A DNA stretch of 64,000 nt from positions 66,617-130,616 of the forward strand of contig JAJYJJ010000004.1 of the NCBI GenBank assembly GCA_021789595.1, in the 5' to 3' direction. The notes below the pieces were generated by a model, which ran no database searches, had not been told where the DNA came from, and was given only the letters and a program-made list of their open reading frames with translations. Both the position numbers and the translations under genes were made by a program. Within the stretch, counting starts at the first letter, position 1; each line of letters opens with the position of its first letter. This document shows positions 27,966-38,380 of this stretch, piece after piece. Origin of the DNA: Nitrospirota bacterium (GTDB lineage Bacteria > Nitrospirota > Thermodesulfovibrionia > UBA6902 > JAJYJJ01).

Positions 27966-28994
27966 TTATATAATAAGCATAGCATCGCCATAGGAAAAAA
28001 AACGATAACCCATTTTTACTGCCTCCATATATGTCCTTTTTATAGTATTGATGTCTGACAGGGCAGAGACGAGCATAAGCGGCGTTGACCTTGGAAGATG
28101 GAAGTTTGTTATAAGGGCATCAATGAACCTGAACCTGTATCCAGGGTAGATGAAGATTCCTGAGCTGCCAGATAATCTGCCTTCCGAGCCCTCAATTGCC
28201 CTTGTGCTTGTTGTGCCTACAGCTATAACCCTTCTTCCTTCTTTCTTTGCCTTGTTGATCTCAAGCATGGTATCCTCTGGTATATCAAATAATTCTGCAT
28301 CCATCCTGTGATGCTCGATGCATTGCACCCTTATTGGTCTGAATGTGCCGAGACCCACATAGAGGGTAAGGTATTTCACGATTACACCCTTTGCCTCAAG
28401 CTCTTTTATAATGGCCTCTGTGAAGTGCAGGCCTGCTGTTGGAGCTGCAATCGCCCCTTCTTTTTCAGCATAGACGGTCTGATACCTCTGTCTGTCTGAG
28501 ACATCAGGCTGCCTTTTTATATAGGGCGGAAGGGGCATGAGGCCGTATCTCCTTATGAGTTGCATTGTATCGCCGTTTGAATGGAATCTCAACATCGATA
28601 TCTCGCCCTTTGTGATTATCTCTCCTTCAAGTCCATTGCCAAAGGTGATGGCGCCCTTTGGATTACCTTTTACAAGGGTTTGCCATAGGCCATTGTCTAC
28701 CTCTCTTAAAAGGAGTAGCTCTATCCTGCCTTCCTGCATCCCGGGGTTTTCGGGTAACACCCTTTGAGCTGCGGTCTTTTTTCTGCCTATAAGCCTTGCA
28801 GGCAGCACCTTTGCGTTGTTTAAGATGAGGACATCACCGGTGTTAAGGTAATCGGCAATATCCCTGAATATGCGGTGTTCTATGGTACTGGTCTTTCTGT
28901 GAAGCACAAGCAGCCTTGAAGAGTCCCTTTCGGATAGCGGATACTGTGCTATGGATGCCTCGGGCAGATGGTAATCAAAGTCAGAAAGCTTCAA
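27966..28994 (-). CDS. queA: S-adenosylmethionine:tRNA ribosyltransferase-isomerase
   Basis: DFDY.LP...IAQ.P, PLPPYI, RYQTVYA, AAPTAGLHF, TNFHLP, YGDAM. Confidence 0.95.
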   Translation of the reverse strand: MKLSDFDYHLPEASIAQYPLSERDSSRLLVLHRKTSTIEHRIFRDIADYLNTGDVLILNNAKVLPARLIGRKKTAAQRVLPENPGMQEGRIELLLLREVDNGLWQTLVKGNPKGAITFGNGLEGEIITKGEISMLRFHSNGDTMQLIRRYGLMPLPPYIKRQPDVSDRQRYQTVYAEKEGAIAAPTAGLHFTEAIIKELEAKGVIVKYLTLYVGLGTFRPIRVQCIEHHRMDAELFDIPEDTMLEINKAKKEGRRVIAVGTTSTRAIEGSEGRLSGSSGIFIYPGYRFRFIDALITNFHLPRSTPLMLVSALSDINTIKRTYMEAVKMGYRFFSYGDAMLII

Positions 28995-28999
28995 TGGCC

Positions 29000-30628
29000 T
29001 TATATGCTCAGGGTTTTTACTTCTTTCCTGCTGTTTATGAAGTCAAAAACAGTCTTTGTCCCGATAAGGGCTGTAAACAGGTTTATCATAACACCAAGGC
29101 TCAGGGTAACGGCAAAGCCCTTTATCGGTCCAGTCCCGAATTGAAAAAGCACGGCAGCAGTTATAAGGGTTGTGATATGGGAATCCACAATGGTAAGAAG
29201 TGCCTTGTCATAGCCTGCATCGACGGCAGCCCTCGGGGTCTTGCCTGACCTGAGTTCATCCCTCATCCTTTCAAACATAAGCACATTACTGTCCACAGCC
29301 ATACCTATAGCAAGGATAATCCCTGCTATGCCGGGCAGCGTAAGGGTTGCCCTCAGACCTGCCAATGCACCGAGCAGGAGGATGATATTCAGCCCAAGCG
29401 CTAAATCCGCTATAACCCCTGCGAATTTATAGTATACAGCCATAAACAGGATAACGAGGATGGAGCCTATAATCCCTGCCTTTATGCCTGCATCTATGGA
29501 ATCCTTTCCAAGCGATGGACCAACCGTTACATTCTGCACCATCTTCAGAGGTGCAGGCAGGGCGCCTTCGCCTATTACCACTGCGAGGGTCTTTGCCTCC
29601 TCCATGGAGAAGTTTCCTGTAATCTGGGCATTGCCGCCGCTGATCCTCTCCTGTATTACTGGAGCGGAATATACGGTGTTGTCGAGGATTATTGCAAGCC
29701 GCTTTTTTACATTCGCCGCTGTTATATCCTCAAAGAGTTTTGCCCCTGCAGCGTTAAAGGTAAGGGAGACATATGGTTCATTGTATCTCGTATCTATATT
29801 TACCTTTGCCTTCTCTACAACATTGCCTGTCATGAGCGCCTTTTTCTTGAGAAGGATAGGCCTCTTGCTTACAACCTTTCCTGTATCTCTGTCTATGACC
29901 TTTTCAAATAGTATCTCATCGTCCTGTGGAATCTTCGATTGAAATTCCTGTAAGATCCTGTCCTCATCACCAGGCGGTATGGATGCTGGCAGTTGAGATG
30001 CCACAGGGCTTTCATCATCAACGAGTTTAAACTCAAGCAGTGCGGTGCGGCCGATATTCTCCACCGCACTCCTGTAATCCTTTATCCCAGGCAGTTGTAC
30101 AACTATGTCGTTGGTTCCCTGCCGCTGTATTGTCGGCTCTGCAACGCCAAATTTATCAATCCTGTTCCTTATCTTTTCTATAGCCTGGTCAACGGCAGAG
30201 TGCTTTATCCGGTTTGTCTCCTTATCGGTCAGTTTGAAAACATAGTTGGTCCCGGATGTCTCTGCATAGATAAGGCTGGGTGAGTTTTCCTCGACCGCTT
30301 TTCTTATATCAGGGGTTGCAGGGGATGCCAGAAGCATTGAGCCGTTGGTACTTATATTAGCCTTTATATTCTTCTGCGCCAAGGTATCTTTTAAGGCTGA
30401 CGCTATTTTCTCTACCGTCAGCTCAACAGCCTTATCGCCCTCGACTTCAAAGACAAGATGCAGTCCTCCCTGGAGGTCAAGACCGAGGTTTATGCCCTTA
30501 TTCGGCATAGAATTTTTCCACCAATCAGGCATGTAATCGAAAAGTGTCGTATTAGGCAGAAACATCACAAATGCAAGAAGCAGTGTAGCGACTATTAGTA
30601 TAGACCTCCATAAAATCTTCTTCTTCAT
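29000..30628 (-). CDS. secD: Protein translocase subunit SecD
   Basis: [48 protein letters not shown]. Confidence 0.95.
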   Translation of the reverse strand: MKKKILWRSILIVATLLLAFVMFLPNTTLFDYMPDWWKNSMPNKGINLGLDLQGGLHLVFEVEGDKAVELTVEKIASALKDTLAQKNIKANISTNGSMLLASPATPDIRKAVEENSPSLIYAETSGTNYVFKLTDKETNRIKHSAVDQAIEKIRNRIDKFGVAEPTIQRQGTNDIVVQLPGIKDYRSAVENIGRTALLEFKLVDDESPVASQLPASIPPGDEDRILQEFQSKIPQDDEILFEKVIDRDTGKVVSKRPILLKKKALMTGNVVEKAKVNIDTRYNEPYVSLTFNAAGAKLFEDITAANVKKRLAIILDNTVYSAPVIQERISGGNAQITGNFSMEEAKTLAVVIGEGALPAPLKMVQNVTVGPSLGKDSIDAGIKAGIIGSILVILFMAVYYKFAGVIADLALGLNIILLLGALAGLRATLTLPGIAGIILAIGMAVDSNVLMFERMRDELRSGKTPRAAVDAGYDKALLTIVDSHITTLITAAVLFQFGTGPIKGFAVTLSLGVMINLFTALIGTKTVFDFINSRKEVKTLSI

Positions 30629-30760
30629 AAAATCAAAACCTCCTCATTAACGTATCATAGACAAGGACATCAGCCTGTTTTGTATATGGACAGATTATAA
30701 TCTGCCCCCATTTTTTATCCTGGAATTGCCTTTAAGAGCATCCAGGCTAAAATGGAGATA

Positions 30761-31099
30761 TTATTCGTCATCTGTCCTTATACCTGCAATTGCATTCCTG
30801 CTGACCTTGATTCTCACATTCTCTGCAATCTTCAGCACCAACTTGGTTGGATAAACCTCCTCTATGACCCCGTAGATGCCGCCTGTTGTTATTACCTTGT
30901 CCCCTTTTTTAAGGTTTCCAAGCATCTGTTTTAAGTCCTTTGCCCTTTTCTGCTGAGGTCTTATAAGCAGAAAATAGAAGATTGCAAAGATTATTATGAG
31001 GGGAAGTATGGACTGGAACATGGCAGCCGCTCCGTCAGTCTGTGCACCACCAGCACCCTGCGGCCTTGCCCCCATTGCATAAGCTATGTCATTAAACAT
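30761..31099 (-). CDS. yajC: Preprotein translocase subunit YajC
   Basis: FYFLLIRPQQKR, LKKGDKVITTGGIYG. Start ATG 31099 after GGAGG. Confidence 0.93.
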   Translation of the reverse strand: MFNDIAYAMGARPQGAGGAQTDGAAAMFQSILPLIIIFAIFYFLLIRPQQKRAKDLKQMLGNLKKGDKVITTGGIYGVIEEVYPTKLVLKIAENVRIKVSRNAIAGIRTDDE

Positions 31100-31231
31100 G
31101 TGACACCTCCAGATAGTTTTAGATAATATACTTATTGTTATAGATTTAATCAAGTGGGTGGTAATCTGAGTGGTAATCTGATCTGAATCTGGGATTTGAC
31201 ATGGATACCATTTTAGAGTTATAAAATAAAG

Positions 31232-33985
31232 ATGTTAAAGAGGTTCATGCGGCTGGTGATCCCACTTATTGCTGCAACTGCCATTGCAATCGTTACAGGT
31301 ATGTTTAACCCTCAGGAAAGGCGGACTATCTTAATGCGTATTTTTCTAATAGCAATTGCGCTGCTTACACTGTTTGCATCTGCAGCGCGGACTGAAACCG
31401 GCGCCCCTGTTGTCCGTACAACTTTGAAAAACGGCCTGCGGGTAGTCATAATTAAGAACACCCTTGCGCCTGTGGTAACAACAGAGGTTAATTATCTTGT
31501 CGGCTCCAATGAAGCCCCATCAGGGTTTCCCGGCATGGCTCATGCCCAGGAGCATATGATGTTTCGCGGCAGTCCTGGCCTGTCAGCAGACCAGCTCTCC
31601 AGCATCATCGCTGCTATGGGCGGTAAATTCAATGCCGACACCCAGCAGACTGTAACGCAATATTTTCTCACAGTCCCGTCTGACGACCTTGATGTCGCTC
31701 TGCACATCGAGGCGACCCGGATGCGGGGCGTCCTTGATACGCAAAAACTCTGGCAGCAGGAACGGGGGGCTATTGAGCAGGAGGTAGCGCAGGACCTCTC
31801 TGATCCCCAGTATGTCTTCTACACTAAACTGCTTGCAGAGATGTTTGCAGGCACTCCTTATGCCCATGATGCGCTCGGCACACGCGCCTCCTTCGATAAA
31901 ACTACAGGCGCAATGCTCAAGAAGTTCTATAGCGCATGGTATAAACCGAGCAACGCAATTTTGATAATAGTGGGAAATCTTGATCCGGATCAAACGCTTG
32001 CAAAGGTGAAGCAGTTATTTGAAGGGATTCCATCGCATCCGGTATCACCCAGGCCAGAGATTCAACTACAACCGCTGAAGGCCGCAACCATTCAACTTGA
32101 AACCGATCTGCCTTACGGGTTGGCTGTTGTTGCCTATCGGCTGCCAGGATATGACAGTCCAGATTATGCAGCCGGGCAAGTCTTGGCGGATGTACTGGAC
32201 AGCCAGCGGGCAAACCTGTATGCGCTGGTGACCGAAGGGAAGGTGCTGTCCGCAGATTTCAGCATAGATGCGATTCCAAAAGCCGCGATCGGTTTTGCAA
32301 CAGCCGCATTTCCGCAAGGTGGGGAGGGCTTTGCCCTGCTCTCCACGCTAAAGGATGTCATAGCCAACTACCTGAAGAATGGCGTCCCTGCTGACCTGGT
32401 GGAGGCTGCAAAGCGCCATGAGATTGCAGATGCTGAATTCCAGAAGAATTCGGTTGAGGGGCTTGCTGCTTTATGGTCGCAGGCGCTTGCAGTTGAAGGG
32501 CGTAATTCTCCAGAGGACGATATCAACGCTATCAGGAAGGTAACTGTTGCGGATGTGAATCGCGTCGCAATGCAATACCTCATCAACGATACAGCGACAG
32601 TTGCCGTGTTAACGCCGCGACCCTCTGGTAAGGCAGTTTCCTCGAAAGGCTTCCATGGCAAGGAATCGTTCGCTCCGAAGAGGACAAGGCATGTCAAGCT
32701 GCCCGGGTGGGCGAAAAAGGCTATATCCTTACCCCGTATCCCGGACTCGACAGTGAATCCCACTGTCACAATGCTGCCTAACGGCCTGCGCCTCATTGTC
32801 CAGCCCGAGACGATCAGCCATACAATAAGCGTTTACGGAGGTGTAAAGAACAACCCTGACCTCGAAACGCCGAAGGGAAAGAAAGGAGCCGCTGAGATCC
32901 TCAACAGCCTCTTCTCCTACGGCACGACCCGTCTGAATCGGCTGGACTTCCAGAAGGCTCTTGATGACATTGCCGCCAACGAGTCAGCAGGGACAAGTTT
33001 TTCGCTCCAGGTCCTTGCTGGGCATTTCGACAGGGGAGTGCAACTCCTCGCTGACAACCTTCTGCACCCTGCCCTGCCAGAAGACGCATTTAAAGTTGTT
33101 CAGAAGGAGACAATCGCCGCAGTGGACGGGCAACTGCAAAGCCCAGCATATCGCTCCATGCGTGCGCTCCGCAAGGCGCTCTATCCCGAAGGCGACCCGG
33201 CGCTGCGCCAGTCCACGCCGTCTACTGTGTCATCCCTTACGCTCGATGACATCAAGGCCTATTACAACAAGGTATTCAGACCAGACATGACTACTATCGT
33301 TGTCATCGGGCAGGTGACGCCAGAGGAGGCGAGGTCAGTCATCGAAAGATATTTCGGGGAATGGAAGGCCGCTGGAGCCAAACCTGAAACTGAACTTCCG
33401 CCCGTGCCGCACAACAAACCGTCCTTGTCCGTTGTGCCTGATAAAAGCCGGGTGCAGGTTGAGGTGACACTCGCAGAAACGCTCGGGCTTACGCGCTGCA
33501 ACCCTGACTACTACACCCTGCAGATCGGCACCCATGTGCTGTCAGGCGCCTTTTATGCAACCCGTCTTTACCGAGACCTGCGTGAGGAGACAGGCCTTGT
33601 CTACGCTGTTGAAGCCTTTCTCAATGTCGGCAAGACCCGTTCGACCTATGGGGTATTCTATGCCTGCGACCCGCAGAATGTGTCAAAGGCGCGCGCCATC
33701 GTGGAGCGTGACATCCGCGAGATGCAGACAAAGTCAGTCACCCCTGTTGAACTGCAACGGGCTAAGGCGCTGATGATCAGGCAGATCCCACTTTCCGAAT
33801 CGAGCGTTGACAGCATTGGAGGGATGTTAATGCATCTTTCGCTTGAAGGCCTGCCGCTTGATGAGCCGCTCCGCGCGGCAAGACATTACCTTAAGATCAC
33901 AGCCCCACAGGTACGTGCGGCATTTGCCAGGTGGATACGGCCAGAGGGCTTTGTCCAGGTTACACTCGGCCCAAACCCGGAGTAG
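31232..33985 (+). CDS. Fused two-domain M16 zinc peptidase (pitrilysin family)
   Basis: HAQEH (HxxEH), two LxNGLR-led M16 halves, C-terminal RLYRDLREETGLVY. GC/CpG-richer than flanks. Alternative start 31334. Confidence 0.88.
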   Translation: MLKRFMRLVIPLIAATAIAIVTGMFNPQERRTILMRIFLIAIALLTLFASAARTETGAPVVRTTLKNGLRVVIIKNTLAPVVTTEVNYLVGSNEAPSGFPGMAHAQEHMMFRGSPGLSADQLSSIIAAMGGKFNADTQQTVTQYFLTVPSDDLDVALHIEATRMRGVLDTQKLWQQERGAIEQEVAQDLSDPQYVFYTKLLAEMFAGTPYAHDALGTRASFDKTTGAMLKKFYSAWYKPSNAILIIVGNLDPDQTLAKVKQLFEGIPSHPVSPRPEIQLQPLKAATIQLETDLPYGLAVVAYRLPGYDSPDYAAGQVLADVLDSQRANLYALVTEGKVLSADFSIDAIPKAAIGFATAAFPQGGEGFALLSTLKDVIANYLKNGVPADLVEAAKRHEIADAEFQKNSVEGLAALWSQALAVEGRNSPEDDINAIRKVTVADVNRVAMQYLINDTATVAVLTPRPSGKAVSSKGFHGKESFAPKRTRHVKLPGWAKKAISLPRIPDSTVNPTVTMLPNGLRLIVQPETISHTISVYGGVKNNPDLETPKGKKGAAEILNSLFSYGTTRLNRLDFQKALDDIAANESAGTSFSLQVLAGHFDRGVQLLADNLLHPALPEDAFKVVQKETIAAVDGQLQSPAYRSMRALRKALYPEGDPALRQSTPSTVSSLTLDDIKAYYNKVFRPDMTTIVVIGQVTPEEARSVIERYFGEWKAAGAKPETELPPVPHNKPSLSVVPDKSRVQVEVTLAETLGLTRCNPDYYTLQIGTHVLSGAFYATRLYRDLREETGLVYAVEAFLNVGKTRSTYGVFYACDPQNVSKARAIVERDIREMQTKSVTPVELQRAKALMIRQIPLSESSVDSIGGMLMHLSLEGLPLDEPLRAARHYLKITAPQVRAAFARWIRPEGFVQVTLGPNPE

Positions 33986-34098
33986 CTGCGGAGAATTATG
34001 CCTGACGGGAAACTGGGCACAGAAAGTCGAGGACCTTTCAGGTGACATCTGAACGAAAAGCCAATTTGCAGGAAACCCCGCAACACCTTGATTTTTAA

Positions 34099-34174
<76 letters not shown>

Positions 34175-34215
34175 ACAGCCTTCAAGGATTTAGGGATTAG
34201 TATTAATGACTGTTT

Positions 34216-34244
34216 AAGATACAAAATTTCGCCATAATCGTCAA
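34216..34244 (-). promoter_or_regulatory. Sigma70 promoter of tRNA-Lys
   Basis: TTGACG-N17-TATCTT on the minus strand. Confidence 0.6.
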
Positions 34245-34257
34245 GTCGTTTTGTGCG

Positions 34258-34300
34258 TTTACCCCGCACCCAGAAAGCCCCGCCTTTTAGGCGGGGTAAA
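34258..34300. repeat. IS200/IS605-end-like hairpin
   Basis: AAGCCCCGCC-TTTT-AGGCGGGG within TTTACCCCGC...GCGGGGTAAA. Confidence 0.5.
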
Positions 34301-34474
34301 AAATATATAGCCAATTCCCCTTAAACATTATTTTATAATAACATTAATGGAGCGTTTTTAATATTGAAATCTTAAAAAATTTAAGGTCATTGCAGGGATA
34401 AAAAATAAGGTTTGATTATAGTTAATTTGATGTGGTAGAAACTGATGGTATAATGCTACGGATAGGCAATAAAA

Positions 34475-37039
34475 GTGAAAAGAGAATTTAGAGGATCTGA
34501 AATCAATAATATCCCTGGGCTTTCTGAGGCTGAAGCAGCTCAAAGGCTAAGAAAGGAAGGCTATAATGAACTCCCATCGAGTAAACAGCGTAGTGTTTTT
34601 GCTATTGCGTTTGAAGTCGTCCGTGAACCGATATTCTTGCTTTTAATTGCAGGCGGAACAATTTATCTGCTGCTGGGTGATATCCAGGAGGCAGTTATGC
34701 TGCTTGGCTTTGTCTTTGTTGTCATGGGCATTACACTTTATCAGGAACGCAAAACAGAACGTGCCTTAGAGGCCTTACGGGATTTATCAAGCCCTCGGGC
34801 ATTGGTAATAAGAGACGGCAGGCAAAAGAGGATCTCAGGTCGTGAGGTAGTAAGGGGCGATACTATAGTTCTGTCCGAGGGTGATCGCGTCCCGGCAGAC
34901 TCAATGCTCATTTCATGTGTAAATCTCTCTGTCGATGAATCTTTGTTGACAGGAGAGTCGGTTCCTGTGCGCAAGGTATCTTGTAGCGAGACATTGGAAA
35001 TGGTCCGTCCTGGAGGCGATAATCTGCCCTTTGTTTACTCTGGAACCTTAGTTGTGCAGGGCTTTGGTATTGCTCAAGTTCAAGCAACTGGCATCAATAC
35101 AGAAATTGGGAAAATAGGCAAGACACTGCAGAGGATTGAGCCCGAAAAGACCATTTTACAAAAAGAGACCAGTCGACTTGTGCGCAATCTTGCAATTGCA
35201 GGATTATCGCTCTGCGCCTTAGTCGTTATCATATATGGACTTACAAGAGACAATTGGCTGAACGGGCTTCTGGCAGGCATAACGCTCGCAATGGCTGTGC
35301 TGCCGGAGGAATTCGCGGTTGTGCTTACTGTGTTTCTTGCATTAGGAGCCTGGCGGATTTCCCAAAAAGGAGTTCTAACCCGTCGGGCACCAGCAGTAGA
35401 GACTCTCGGCGCAGCCACTGTTTTATGCGTGGATAAAACCGGGACCCTTACCCTGAACCAGATGTCAGTATGCAAGGTATTTTTTGGAGATAGAATCTAT
35501 GATTTGACTCAGTCCGGCAAATATCTTCCTGAAGACTTACATGGGATTGTGGAATTCAGCATACTGGCAAGCCAGATAGATCCCTTTGATCCAATGGAAA
35601 AGGCCTTGAGAGAACTTGGCGCGCATACCCTGTCTAATACCGAACACCTTCATGACAACTGGACATTGGTACAAGAATACCCCCTGTCGCAAAATCTGCT
35701 TACAATGTCTCGCGTCTGGAAATCACCTGATAGTAAGGACTATGTCATTGCTGCCAAGGGTGCGCCTGAGGCTATTGCTGATATATGTCATCTGGATAAA
35801 AAACAGATACACTGTTTATCAGAACAGATCAACTCCATGGCTGAGGAGGGGCTAAGAATAATCGGGGTGGCTAAGGCCAGCTTCAGACACACGGACCTCC
35901 CCGTCGAGCAGCACGACTTTAAGTTTGAGTTCTTAGGGCTTATTGGATTGGCAGATCCTGTACGCACTGGTGTTGCAGGGGCAATCAGGGAATGTTATAA
36001 CGCAGGTATAAGAGTCGTGATGATTACAGGTGACTATCCTGTTACAGCCCAAAACATAGCGGCTCAAATAGGCCTGAGGCAGTTGAATGGGCCCATTACA
36101 GGTTCAGAACTTGACAGGATGGATGATCCAGAACTCCAGCGGCGGATCAGAACAGTCAATATCTTTGCACGTGTTGTCCCAGAACAGAAGCTGCGTATAG
36201 TAAATGCCCTTAAGGCTAATGGCGAGATTGTAGCCATGACAGGTGATGGCGTTAATGATGCAGCAGCCTTGAAATCGGCTCACATCGGAATAGCCATGGG
36301 AGGGCGGGGTACAGATGTAGCCCGCGAGGCCTCGGATATAGTGTTGCTTGACGATGACTTTTCTTCTATAGTGCAGGCCATTAGAATGGGTCGAAGGATT
36401 TTTGACAATCTAAAGAAGGCAATGGCCTATATCCTTGCAATCCACATACCCATTGCAGGCATGTCATTGCTTCCTGTGCTTTTTAATTGGCCGCTTGTGC
36501 TTTTGCCTGTTCACATAGTATTTCTTGAATTAATCATCGACCCTGCCTGTTCAGTTGTATTTGAAGCTGAGTCTGAAGAAGCCCGTGTAATGGAACGGCC
36601 TCCACGCAATCTGCAGGAGCCGCTGTTTGATAAGAGGACTGTAGCCTTTAGCTTATCGCAGGGCATCAGTGTATTACTCGTTGTTCTGGCTGTATTCATT
36701 ATAGCGATTGACCGCGGTCAGGGAGAACTGGATGCCAGGGCGATCAGTTTCACCACACTTATTATCGCAAACCTCGGCTTGATATTAACAAACCGTTCAT
36801 GGTCCCGCACCATCTTGTCCACTCTGCGCTTGCCAAACGCCGCCCTCTGGTGGATTATAGGAGGAGCGATCTTCTTTCTGGGCATGGTGCTTTATGTTCC
36901 GTTTTTAAGAGGGCTGTTTCATTTCAGTAGATTACACCTTCTTGACCTGACTATCAGTTTGGCCGCGGGGGTTGTCAGCATCCTTTGGGTTGAGGCATTT
37001 AAAATGCTTAACAGACGGAGCAAGAGGTTATTGTCTTGA
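34475..37039 (+). CDS. Cation-transporting P-type ATPase (type II-like)
   Basis: DESLLTGES, VLPEEF, DKTGT phosphorylation site, KGAPE, MITGD, TGDGVND. Confidence 0.93.
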   Translation: MKREFRGSEINNIPGLSEAEAAQRLRKEGYNELPSSKQRSVFAIAFEVVREPIFLLLIAGGTIYLLLGDIQEAVMLLGFVFVVMGITLYQERKTERALEALRDLSSPRALVIRDGRQKRISGREVVRGDTIVLSEGDRVPADSMLISCVNLSVDESLLTGESVPVRKVSCSETLEMVRPGGDNLPFVYSGTLVVQGFGIAQVQATGINTEIGKIGKTLQRIEPEKTILQKETSRLVRNLAIAGLSLCALVVIIYGLTRDNWLNGLLAGITLAMAVLPEEFAVVLTVFLALGAWRISQKGVLTRRAPAVETLGAATVLCVDKTGTLTLNQMSVCKVFFGDRIYDLTQSGKYLPEDLHGIVEFSILASQIDPFDPMEKALRELGAHTLSNTEHLHDNWTLVQEYPLSQNLLTMSRVWKSPDSKDYVIAAKGAPEAIADICHLDKKQIHCLSEQINSMAEEGLRIIGVAKASFRHTDLPVEQHDFKFEFLGLIGLADPVRTGVAGAIRECYNAGIRVVMITGDYPVTAQNIAAQIGLRQLNGPITGSELDRMDDPELQRRIRTVNIFARVVPEQKLRIVNALKANGEIVAMTGDGVNDAAALKSAHIGIAMGGRGTDVAREASDIVLLDDDFSSIVQAIRMGRRIFDNLKKAMAYILAIHIPIAGMSLLPVLFNWPLVLLPVHIVFLELIIDPACSVVFEAESEEARVMERPPRNLQEPLFDKRTVAFSLSQGISVLLVVLAVFIIAIDRGQGELDARAISFTTLIIANLGLILTNRSWSRTILSTLRLPNAALWWIIGGAIFFLGMVLYVPFLRGLFHFSRLHLLDLTISLAAGVVSILWVEAFKMLNRRSKRLLS

Positions 37040-37138
37040 GGGGTTTGTGTAATAAGCGGTAGCGCAAGGGGGAAACGCCCATATCGGTATGTATCAAGCC
37101 TTACATAAACCTGCTATAATATTGTAAAGGGAAATCCA

Positions 37139-38149
37139 ATGAAAGAGGCAATGTTTTATGAAAGGCTTGATGCCAGGAAGGTAAGATGTTTCCTCTGCGG
37201 CCATAGATGCATTATTTCAGATGGACGCAGGGGCATATGCGGTGTAAGGGAAAACAGGGATGGGACACTCTACAGCCTTGTCTTTGGAAAGGTGATATCC
37301 ATGAATGTTGACCCTATAGAGAAGAAGCCGCTATTCCACTTTATGCCTGGCTCACGCTCATTTTCCATTGCAACCGTGGGGTGTAATTTCAGGTGCCTGC
37401 ACTGCCAGAACTTTGAGATATCACAGTATCCCAAAGAGCATGAAGGTGAGATCATTGGTGAGGATGTTTCCCCTGCCGAGATAGTGGATGCTGCCATAAG
37501 AACAGGCTGCCAGAGCATTTCATATACATATACAGAGCCGACCATATTCTTTGAGCTTGCCTATGAGACTGCAAGGCTTGCACACGAGAAGGGATTGAAG
37601 AATATCTTTGTCTCAAATGGCTATACCTCCCCAGAGGCAACGAAGGTAATCGCACCTTTTTTGGACGGCAATAATATAGACCTCAAGGGAGATGATGAGT
37701 TCTATAAAAAGGTGTGCGGTGCAAGACTTCAGCCCGTGCTTGATACCATAAGGCTTATGAAGGAGCTTGGGGTATGGGTTGAGGTTACAACATTGATCAT
37801 ACCCGAGCATAATGATTCAGAGGATGGCCTAAGGAGAATTGCGGAGTTCATAAAATCCATTGATGCAGATATGCCGTGGCATGTTACACAGTTTTACCCT
37901 ACCTATAAGCTCCTATCCGAACCGAGGACACCTGTAAGGATATTGAGAAGGGCGAGGGAGATCGGCCTGGATGCCGGGCTTAGATATGTGTATGAGGGGA
38001 ATGTCCCTGGCGAGGGCGGCGAGAATACCTATTGTCCGTCATGCGGCGAACTGCTTATCCACCGCTATGGGTTTTCTATTATTGAAAACAGGATCAAGGA
38101 TGGAAGATGTTTCAAGTGCGGCACTGCAATCGCCGGGATTGGCATGTAG
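37139..38149 (+). CDS. amrS: AmmeMemoRadiSam system radical SAM enzyme
   Basis: C.LC.H.C...G..GICGVR, DPIEKKPLFHF, CNFRCLHCQN, YTYTEP, C-terminal CPSC..CFKC. Confidence 0.9.
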   Translation: MKEAMFYERLDARKVRCFLCGHRCIISDGRRGICGVRENRDGTLYSLVFGKVISMNVDPIEKKPLFHFMPGSRSFSIATVGCNFRCLHCQNFEISQYPKEHEGEIIGEDVSPAEIVDAAIRTGCQSISYTYTEPTIFFELAYETARLAHEKGLKNIFVSNGYTSPEATKVIAPFLDGNNIDLKGDDEFYKKVCGARLQPVLDTIRLMKELGVWVEVTTLIIPEHNDSEDGLRRIAEFIKSIDADMPWHVTQFYPTYKLLSEPRTPVRILRRAREIGLDAGLRYVYEGNVPGEGGENTYCPSCGELLIHRYGFSIIENRIKDGRCFKCGTAIAGIGM

Positions 38150-38151
38150 TG

Positions 38152-38283
38152 GAGCTTGTCTAAAAACCCTCGGAATGTTACCCTGAACTCGTTTCAGGGT
38201 AACATAAGGCATTGATTTTATTAGATGCTGAAATAAATTCAGCATGACAAAGTACGTTGTTTAGTGGGTTTTTAGACAGGCTC
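38152..38283. mobile_element. MITE with 18-bp TIRs, 4-bp target duplication and internal REP-like hairpins
   Basis: TIRs GAGCTTGTCTAAAAACCC / GGGTTTTTAGACAGGCTC (17/18 match), AGTG on both sides, inner hairpins TGTTACCCTGAA..TTCAGGGTAACA and ATGCTGAA..TTCAGCAT. Confidence 0.8.
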
Positions 38284-38312
38284 AGTGTGGGGATTATGAC
38301 AGCAAAATCCTG

Positions 38313-38349
38313 TTGACAGGGCACAGATATTAGTTTAAAATAATTCTAA
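38313..38349 (+). promoter_or_regulatory. Sigma70 promoter of fprA with overlapping PerR/Fur-like box
   Basis: TTGACA-N17-TAAAAT. TTAAAAT-A-ATTCTAA (38335-38349) has 2 mismatches to TTATAATnATTATAA. Confidence 0.6.
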
Positions 38350-38380
38350 ATTAGTAATAAATCTAAACAGAGGAGGCTAT

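Noticed and set aside
31140..31200. attR duplicate of the tRNA-Lys 3' end
   Set aside because: No convincing copy of CGGCTCACCA was found, so an intact integrative element is not called.
38039..38245. 68-aa ORF MLNLFQHL...
   Set aside because: It starts inside the MITE hairpin and runs antisense to amrS; a repeat-derived artefact.
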